Of a stretch of 64,000 bases of DNA, positions 57,450 to 64,000 are shown in pieces. Location of the stretch: the NCBI GenBank assembly GCA_964469335.1, contig CAYXYK010000004.1, positions 101,362-165,361 of the forward strand, written 5' to 3'. Under the pieces are notes generated by a model. The model made no database searches and was not told the origin of the DNA. It saw nothing but the letters and a program-made list of their open reading frames with translations. This DNA comes from an uncultured Candidatus Saccharibacteria bacterium (GTDB lineage: Bacteria; Patescibacteriota; Minisyncoccia; Phycocordibacterales; UBA6899). How positions within the stretch are numbered: the stretch's first letter is position 1; each line of letters begins with the position of its first letter. A program made the position numbers and the translations under genes.

Positions 57450-58658
57450 ATGCAGCTCCGTGATATCGCCATGCTCTCGACTCGCGCGTTCAAGACGAAT
57501 CCTGCGCGTACTTGGCTCACCATCGCCGGCATGGGCGTCGGAACGGGTGCCGTTGTTACGCTCGTTGGACTCGGCTTTGGGCTCCAGAATATCATCCTCG
57601 AGCAGATCGTCTTCGGCGAGACGTTGCTATCACTCACGGTCAACAACCCACCCTCGAAGATCGTGCAGATAAACACTCAGACCGTGAAAGACTTCGCCGC
57701 GCTGCCGAATGTCAAAGACGTCTCGCCGCTCGCAAGCTTTCCTGCACTCATCACCCTCGATGGACTCACAGGAAACACCTTCCTTCAAGGGGCCGAGCCC
57801 GCGTATTTCCGCTACACAGGAGCGAATGCTGCTGCAGGTGAGCTGTTCAAAGATGGCGAAGAGGCGAAGAACAGAGGAGGAGTGATACTCACCAAGGCAA
57901 TACTCAAACTTTTTGCCATCAAAGAGCCCAAAGAAGCACTTGGAAAGACCGCGACATTTCGAGTACTCGTCTCAAAGGAGGGTTCCGATGAGTCTGAGGA
58001 AATCGCAATCGATAAGTCCTACAAGGTCGTCGGAGTCACCAACGAAGAGAACTTCATTGCCGCGATCATTCCTCTTGATGAATTGCAGAGTCATGTTGAG
58101 GTGACGAATTATGACAAGATACAGGTCCGCGTCACCAAGAGTGAGGCGCTCGACGCGACACAGGCATCCATCGTGAAAAAAGGATACGTGGTGACCGCAC
58201 TCTCGAAGACCGTTGAACAGGCGAATAAAATCTTCCAAGGTATCCAGGCGGTCCTTGCAGTCTTCGGTGGTATCGCGCTCACGGTGTCTGCGATCGGTAT
58301 GTTCAATACCATGACCGTCACACTGCTTGAGCGTACCGCCGAGATCGGTATCATGCGCACGCTTGGCGCCTCTTCAGGTGACATCCAGATCCTCTTCGTC
58401 GCGGAAGCCGTCATCGTGGGATTTCTCGGGGGAGTGATGGGGATACTTTTCGGACTCACGATAGGTTTCTCGCTCAATACCGTGATGAATGCCACTGCAT
58501 CGCACTTCGGCGGTAAATCCGTCTCATTGTTCTCATTTCCGATCCCGTTCCTCCTCTTCATCGCTATCTTCTCAGCTATCGTCGGGTTCATGACTGGAGT
58601 GTTCCCTGCACGCCGCGCCGCTTCACTCAATCCGCTCGACGCGATTCGTTACAAATAA
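57450..58658 (+). CDS. ABC transporter permease, FtsX/MacB-like
   Basis: The protein has an N-terminal TM, a large extracytoplasmic domain and a C-terminal three-TM FtsX core (GIMRTLGASSGDIQILFVAEAVIVGFLGG). TATAATAGA lies 9 nt upstream of the ATG. Confidence 0.8.
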   Translation: MQLRDIAMLSTRAFKTNPARTWLTIAGMGVGTGAVVTLVGLGFGLQNIILEQIVFGETLLSLTVNNPPSKIVQINTQTVKDFAALPNVKDVSPLASFPALITLDGLTGNTFLQGAEPAYFRYTGANAAAGELFKDGEEAKNRGGVILTKAILKLFAIKEPKEALGKTATFRVLVSKEGSDESEEIAIDKSYKVVGVTNEENFIAAIIPLDELQSHVEVTNYDKIQVRVTKSEALDATQASIVKKGYVVTALSKTVEQANKIFQGIQAVLAVFGGIALTVSAIGMFNTMTVTLLERTAEIGIMRTLGASSGDIQILFVAEAVIVGFLGGVMGILFGLTIGFSLNTVMNATASHFGGKSVSLFSFPIPFLLFIAIFSAIVGFMTGVFPARRAASLNPLDAIRYK

Positions 58659-58854
58659 GCTGCTGAAGATCCTGAATATTCGTACCGGCACCTTTGCACT
58701 GAGAGTCTCACTGCAACTCGCATGATACCCATTCACTCAAGAGGGGCGAGCATCGGGGCATATTTTTAAGATATTGTGGATAAATAGTAGGAAAACTGTG
58801 TATAACTATTGCGCTTTCGGTGGATAAGGCGTGTATAATGTATCTACGTTCGCA

Positions 58855-60727
58855 TATGATGTTCCGAGAAAACCACAGCACGACAGGCGGGAAGGTGAGT
58901 ATTCTCACTGCTATTTTAGCGGTGCTCATTTTGCTCATCGGTGTGATGGGAGAGCTCCCACATGGTAAGGTCGCCCGCGCATCGACAGCGACCACCTCGG
59001 TCACGGTGCTCAATACTCCTCCGCAGTGGGACACCAACGTCTACGTTCAGGAGGCAAACCCCGTCGGGACCACTTCATCAGCAACAAGCACTTCACCGAC
59101 CAACGCGGGGAATACGCTGACTTGGTACGCAACCTCTACTGACTCATCCGGTGACAACTACTATATCCTTCTTTGCGATAACTTCGCGTCGCCGACCCCG
59201 AACTCAAGTGCACCACCCACCTGCGGTGCAGGCTCAGGGCACCAGATCGCTGTGTCAGCTGCTACGCAGAGTGGAACAGCCGCTACACTTTCAACGACAA
59301 CGGTATCTTGGATGCCCGAAGTCTACACCTACTACGCATATCTCTGTGACGGGAATGCGACAGGTCCTTCATGTAATCCGCAGGCATTCTCACCTTCGAG
59401 TAACCCGTTTCCTACCGTTGCGACTTCAAGCCCGAATCTCTCGCCGTTCATCGTCAATCATCGACCGACATTCACGGCGTACCTCAATACCTCACCCATC
59501 AATCCGGGTGGTACGGTAAGTTGGTATGCGACTGCGACCGATGCGGATACGTACGCATATGGAGCATATTCTTCAGATCGCGTGATGCTGTTTATCTGTA
59601 AACTCGCAGACTTCACCGGTACGGCCTGTGGAGGCGGGGGGACTTGGGCGACCTCAACTTTCGTGACCAACTTCGCCACTGGCACTCTCACCATTGGCAC
59701 TCCGTACCCGAAGGGTTCGTTTCCTGCCTACGGTTATGTCATCGACTATCATGGAGGTTTCGCCGCATCAGGTGGTCAACAGGGCGTCAGTGCACCGCTT
59801 GTCGTGAACAATGTCGCTCCTTCTATTGCTGCAGCATCGATCAGTCTGTTCAGTGCGACAGGTACGTCACCGCTTGTTCTGACCAATCTTGCGACACAGA
59901 CCCAAAACTTCTCTGTACAGTTCACTGTCACCGACCAGAATAGCTGCATGACATCGGTCGGTGGACCTGAGATCACCAATTCAATCATCAATGTCTATCG
60001 TTCCGGTGTAGCGTCAACGTCATGCTTCACTGGCTCACACTACAATGCGAATAATTGCTACACGGCAGCTACAGGTACGAGAGCGTGGAATTACTCGTGC
60101 TCTCCGGGGTCATGTACAGGCACATCTTCCGCGACCCAAGTGTGGACATGTTCATTCCCGCTCTGGTTCATCGCTGATGCGACTGATGCAGGATCACAGT
60201 TCCCGACAAACAATTGGCTTGCGACAGCTTCCTCATCTGACAGTTCCTTCGCTTCATCTTCGTTAGTCGAGTCGTCAGTAGGTACAGAGTTGCTGCAGTT
60301 CCTGGGATACGACATCTCAAGCACGACCATTGCTTATGGTGGCTTGCAGCCAGGTAACTCAGCCGACCTCCTCGCCTCCACAAGTGTCGCACTGCTTGCA
60401 CAAGGGAATGTCGGTCTCGATGAGAGTCTGTTCGGTGATGATATGTGTCCGACATATCCGACATGTACCGGTAATGCCACCTCGACGATCTTCGTAGCGA
60501 ACCAGAAGTATTACCATGCTCCCATTTCATATGCTTTAGCGACGTCTACTCTCTCAGGCGTTCCGACGACATACGGTGTTCGAGTGCCGAAAACCGTTGC
60601 AACGACTTCGATTCAGTCAAAAACCACCTACTGGGGTATCCAGGTTCCTGGAACGATCACTCTCTCCGGTAGTTATATCGGAAGGAACACGATACTCGGT
60701 GTCACCTCACTAGCTTCGTCCTGGTAA
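58855..60727 (+). CDS. secreted Cys-rich surface protein, paralog of the C-terminal region of the 6224-aa protein (WxL-like end)
   Basis: The ATG at 58855 lies 15 nt after TATAAT; the ORF-track start at 58820 is GTG. The protein has a TM/signal, a Cys-rich domain collinear with giant-protein residues ~5980-6130 and a C-terminus YWGIQVPG ... LASSW. Confidence 0.6.
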
Positions 60728-60758
60728 AAAACAGCCTGATCAGACAGGCTGTTTTTCT
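60726..60758. terminator. bidirectional Rho-independent terminator
   Basis: The sequence is aaaaaACAGCCTGatcagaCAGGCTGTttttt. Confidence 0.7.
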
Positions 60759-60878
60759 ATCCGTCCGCCTCCCCATCTTTGCACATCAAGACAGTGATCC
60801 GGTATCCACCGTTCATCCACACTATGTTTTGCCATAGATGCATGGCTGCTGTGTTACAATATCAATACCCTAACACAC

Positions 60879-61922
60879 ATGAAGAAGGGGATACTTTTTG
60901 TCTTAGGAACGCTCCTCGTTTGGGGAGGTTTAACGAATGTTGCATTCGCAGGCTTTGGTATTACCCCTCCATATGTACGCAACGAGACACTTAGACAAGG
61001 TTCAGAATATACACAGGAGATCATCATAGTTCGAAGTGACCCAGTGGAGGACCTTAACGCCGAGCTGACCTATTCTCTCCCCGGCTATGAGTCGTGGTTC
61101 TCATCGGATCGCGGCACGAAGTTCATTCTTCCAAAAGGTGAATCACAAGTGAAATTGCACATCACCGTGCGCGTCCCTGACGACGCGAAACTTGGTGCAT
61201 ACAACGGCAACATCCGTATCCGCACATATTCATCGGAAAACGCCTCGAGCGGAGTCTCACTCGCACTGGGAGCACAGATCGATGTACACCTCAAGGTCGT
61301 CGATGAGGTGTTCGATTTCCAGGTTCGTCGCGTCGAACTTGCCGAAGCCGAAGAAGGCTACAAGAAATGGTGGCTGTCATTCCCGGGCAAAGTGAAATTC
61401 GCCATCTATCTCGAGAATACTGGCAATGTGCCCGCGGCCCCGTACAAAGTGGTGCTCTCTGTCTATGATGTGACCGGCACACAACTACTCGAGACGACGG
61501 AGAATACCAATCGGATCGACACGATACTCCCGTTCGATACGAAAAAAGTATACGCATACATCCCAACATGGCTTCCCCCCGGTAGCTATTCTGTGAAGTA
61601 CGATATCAAGAAGACCGAGACCGAGTCCGCACAGACCGGGCAACTTTCGCTTTCCGTCCTTCCGCGCGGAACGATCACTGGCTACGAGCAATATGGGTTC
61701 GAAGGATTGAAGCTCGCTGATCAACTCTCGCTTATAATTCCCGTTGCGATCCTTCTCCTTTCGGTGGTGACCGTCATCATCGTGAAGAAATCGAAACGAA
61801 AGAAGCGATCACGGCGCACTGATAGCGAAGACGAGCCACCGCGAAGACAAAGCAGGGAAGTGTCCCCACCCCCGCGACGAGCGGTCTCAAGCGGTGTCGT
61901 CGATCTTTCTCGTAAACGCTAA
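60879..61922 (+). CDS. CscA-like (DUF916/DUF3324-like) cell-surface protein paralog
   Basis: The protein has a signal peptide, two beta domains, a C-terminal TM (LSLIIPVAILLLSVVTVIIV) and a KKSKRKKRSRR tail. An extended -10 TGtTACAAT lies upstream. Confidence 0.55.
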   Translation: MKKGILFVLGTLLVWGGLTNVAFAGFGITPPYVRNETLRQGSEYTQEIIIVRSDPVEDLNAELTYSLPGYESWFSSDRGTKFILPKGESQVKLHITVRVPDDAKLGAYNGNIRIRTYSSENASSGVSLALGAQIDVHLKVVDEVFDFQVRRVELAEAEEGYKKWWLSFPGKVKFAIYLENTGNVPAAPYKVVLSVYDVTGTQLLETTENTNRIDTILPFDTKKVYAYIPTWLPPGSYSVKYDIKKTETESAQTGQLSLSVLPRGTITGYEQYGFEGLKLADQLSLIIPVAILLLSVVTVIIVKKSKRKKRSRRTDSEDEPPRRQSREVSPPPRRAVSSGVVDLSRKR

Positions 61923-63124
61923 TGACGATGAAGTACACCCCCGCGTGCCGAAGAAGCAACGAAAAAACACGCGCGCGAGGCAAGACATTCCTTGCGTTGT
62001 GCGTGTTTTTGATAGGTCTTGCGCCATCGAGTGCTTTTGCGGCATATGTGACAACTACTCTCTCGATCTCCATCTGCTACAACGGAATCATCGATGCAGG
62101 TGAGGTCTGTGACGATGGGCTTTTCAATAATGGAGCATATGGGTCTACCTCAGCAGAGAGACATTGCAATGCGGTCTGCTCCGGTTATGGTCCATACTGC
62201 GGGGATGGAGTATTGCAAGCTCTCTATAGCGAGGCATGCGATGATGGTGCTGCCAATGGTACGGTCGGGGACCTCTGTTCTATCTCGTGTGTGCAACTTT
62301 CTCCACCCATCTCGACGACGACACCCCCTGCTCCACCCCCACCCCCACCCGCTTCGTCTGGCGGAGGCGGAGGTGGCGGAGCATTCTCAGGAACGATCCC
62401 TGTTCGCACTCAGACCCGCGTTGTTCTTCAGGGGAAAGCATATCCAGGAAGTACGGTGAATATTTTGAAGGATGGACAGGTCGTCGGTGTTGCGCAGTCT
62501 GATAATAGTGCGGATTTCAGTTACGAGATGTCGAGTGTCACTCCCGGGCCAACCACATTCGGTTTTTGGTCGACTGATGGAAAAGGAGTGCGTTCGATCA
62601 CATTCACGACAACGTTCCAGGTAACCCAGAATGCGGTCACCACCGTTTCCAATGTGTTCTTGCCTCCCACTCTCGACCTCAAACAGAAGAAAGCAAATCT
62701 CGGCGACGTCATAGACTCACTCGGTTCAACAGCACCCAACGCACTTGTCACACTGTTCGTGGACAAAGAGACCACCGCAAGAGCAAGGGCAACTTCGACA
62801 GGTGCGGGCGCATGGACAGCTGCGCTCCCGACGGACATCCTTAGCAATGAATCGTTCCATGCAGTGAAGGCGATGTTCGAACTTTCCGGAGGAGGTGCGC
62901 AAGCCAAAAGCGGTTACTCTCAAGCGGTGAATTTCTACATCGGTGCGAAAGATGTTCGAACTCCATCGAATGGTGATATTAACGGTGACGGGAAGGTCAA
63001 CCTCGTCGATTTCTCGATCCTGCTTTTCCATTGGGGGACATCGGATGCGATTGCAGACCTAAACGGTGACGGGAAGGTGAATCTCACTGACTTCTCGATT
63101 TTGCTTTTCAATTGGACAGGTTAA
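61922..63124 (+). CDS. secreted protein with Myxococcus-type Cys-rich repeats, Pro/Gly linker, Ig-like domains and C-terminal dockerin
   Basis: The start overlaps the upstream stop (TAATG). The protein has C..G..D.GE.CDDG ... NG repeats, PPAPPPPPPASSGGGGGGG, and the dockerin DINGDGKVNLVDFSILLFHW ... DLNGDGKVNLTDFSILLFNW. Confidence 0.7.
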   Translation: MTMKYTPACRRSNEKTRARGKTFLALCVFLIGLAPSSAFAAYVTTTLSISICYNGIIDAGEVCDDGLFNNGAYGSTSAERHCNAVCSGYGPYCGDGVLQALYSEACDDGAANGTVGDLCSISCVQLSPPISTTTPPAPPPPPPASSGGGGGGGAFSGTIPVRTQTRVVLQGKAYPGSTVNILKDGQVVGVAQSDNSADFSYEMSSVTPGPTTFGFWSTDGKGVRSITFTTTFQVTQNAVTTVSNVFLPPTLDLKQKKANLGDVIDSLGSTAPNALVTLFVDKETTARARATSTGAGAWTAALPTDILSNESFHAVKAMFELSGGGAQAKSGYSQAVNFYIGAKDVRTPSNGDINGDGKVNLVDFSILLFHWGTSDAIADLNGDGKVNLTDFSILLFNWTG

Positions 63125-63168
63125 CATGTGCCGCATTCGCCTAGAAGCGTGATGCACAAAGTGTTACT

Positions 63169-64000
63169 ATGAAAACAACGACAATGAACCTTTTTAAAGA
63201 AAACCTTTCGAAAAAAATCGGGAATAACGCAATAGGGACTCTCATGTATTCCGTGTTCTTCACCTGCGTATTACTTTCTCCTGCGGGGTTCGTGTCTGCC
63301 GCCACACTCTCGATTGATCCTTCTCATGGAAGTTTTGGACCTGGAGATATGTTCGTGATGACGGTGCGCATCGATACCGCTACTGACGAATGTATCAATG
63401 CAGCAGATATCGAGGTCGTGTTCCCGAACGATCTCGTGAAAGTGACTGCGGTCTCAAAAGGCGAGTCACTTATGACGCTTTGGACTGACGGACCACTGAT
63501 AGAGAATGAGAAAGGGAGAGTCACATGGAGTGGCGGTATCCCGGGCGGATACTGCGGAAGAGTGCTTGGAGATCCCGGAAAGACGAATATCCTTGGAAAG
63601 GTCGTGTTCAATGTGCTCCCAGTGAAGGCAGACAGCGTTGAACTCGCGATGCGTTTTACGTTCGGTTCATCGACGAAAGTCCTTCTCAATGACGGGTTCG
63701 GAAGTGCAGCGCCTCTGTCACTCCGTAGTGCCGATCTAACTCGCGTGCTTCGCTCGAGTGGTGTAAAAAACGAATGGGTTGATATCGTCCGCGCTGACAC
63801 CACCCCACCGGATCAATTCGATGTTTCCATTCACCATGACAAAAGTACGCTTGATGGGAAATATTTCATAATTTTCTCGACGGTAGACAAGCAGAGTGGA
63901 GTCGATCACTTCGAGGTCATGGAGGATGATCCTGCTCGGATTGGATACCTAAGGGGGAAGAACGAGAAAGCTCACTTCGCGCCCGCAACAAGTCCGTTCG
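63169..64000 (+). CDS. cohesin-domain protein (5' partial; continues beyond window)
   Basis: An open frame runs from ATG 63169 to the window end. The protein has a signal peptide and a cohesin-like block (LSIDPSHGSFGPGDMFVMTVRIDTATDECINAADIEVVFPNDLVKV ... MTLWTDGP ... GRVTWSGG). It is paralogous to the 31747 gene, including the DHFEV/DHYEL block. Confidence 0.6.
   Translation, partial: MKTTTMNLFKENLSKKIGNNAIGTLMYSVFFTCVLLSPAGFVSAATLSIDPSHGSFGPGDMFVMTVRIDTATDECINAADIEVVFPNDLVKVTAVSKGESLMTLWTDGPLIENEKGRVTWSGGIPGGYCGRVLGDPGKTNILGKVVFNVLPVKADSVELAMRFTFGSSTKVLLNDGFGSAAPLSLRSADLTRVLRSSGVKNEWVDIVRADTTPPDQFDVSIHHDKSTLDGKYFIIFSTVDKQSGVDHFEVMEDDPARIGYLRGKNEKAHFAPATSPF

Noticed and set aside
1-64000. 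tRNA or rRNA genes
   Set aside because: No cloverleaf-like GTTCRANYC T-arm contexts or rRNA-like conserved blocks were seen in any intergenic region. The gttcgaa strings at 30906 and 31013 are arms of the hairpin element.

Overview
This 64-kb window is one GC-rich (about 55-60%) bacterial chromosomal segment. Many genes have no Shine-Dalgarno sequence, and several carry a TATAAT box only 6-12 nt upstream of the start codon, so their mRNAs are probably leaderless. I found no rRNA, tRNA, CRISPR array, transposase or integrase.

The first ~13 kb holds ordinary genes:
- a DedA membrane protein
- a staphylococcal-type thermonuclease
- a ZIP metal transporter
- a HAD 5'(3')-deoxyribonucleotidase
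- a TrmB-like regulator
- a lexA / Y-family polymerase SOS cassette with a Cheo-type LexA box over the lexA promoter
- a DUF4430 protein and a DUF4430-plus-prenyltransferase-like protein
- a DUF167 protein, a SIMPL-domain protein, an RRM RNA-binding protein and a NUDIX hydrolase

From about 13.3 kb to the end, the window is a large cell-surface island. It contains:
- an operon that starts with a membrane-anchored HTH protein and a TolB-like beta-propeller protein, translationally coupled to a 1760-aa surface protein
- a 6224-aa giant protein with beta-helix repeats, Fn3 modules, two phage tail-collar-like HxH domains, a Cys-rich domain and a WxL-like C-terminus
- smaller paralogs of the giant's C-terminal domains
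- four paralogous signal-peptide / two-domain / C-terminal-TM proteins that resemble CscA (DUF916/DUF3324)
- two tandem membrane-anchored FGE-sulfatase (SUMF1/EgtB-like) domain proteins
- two dockerin-bearing proteins, each next to a membrane-anchored cohesin-domain protein
- an Hsp20, an Fn3-repeat protein, a MacB/FtsX-type ABC pair and an orphan CheY-like receiver

Several non-coding signals stand out. A cluster of four TTATCCACA (DnaA-box) motifs sits at 23.70-23.77 kb, and the same motif recurs upstream of three other surface-gene loci. At least five long (105-125 nt) nested-hairpin elements begin right after the stop codons of surface-protein genes; two of them share a near-identical 30-nt core with compensatory stem changes. 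All calls come from reading the supplied translations and sequence by eye; no database search was run.
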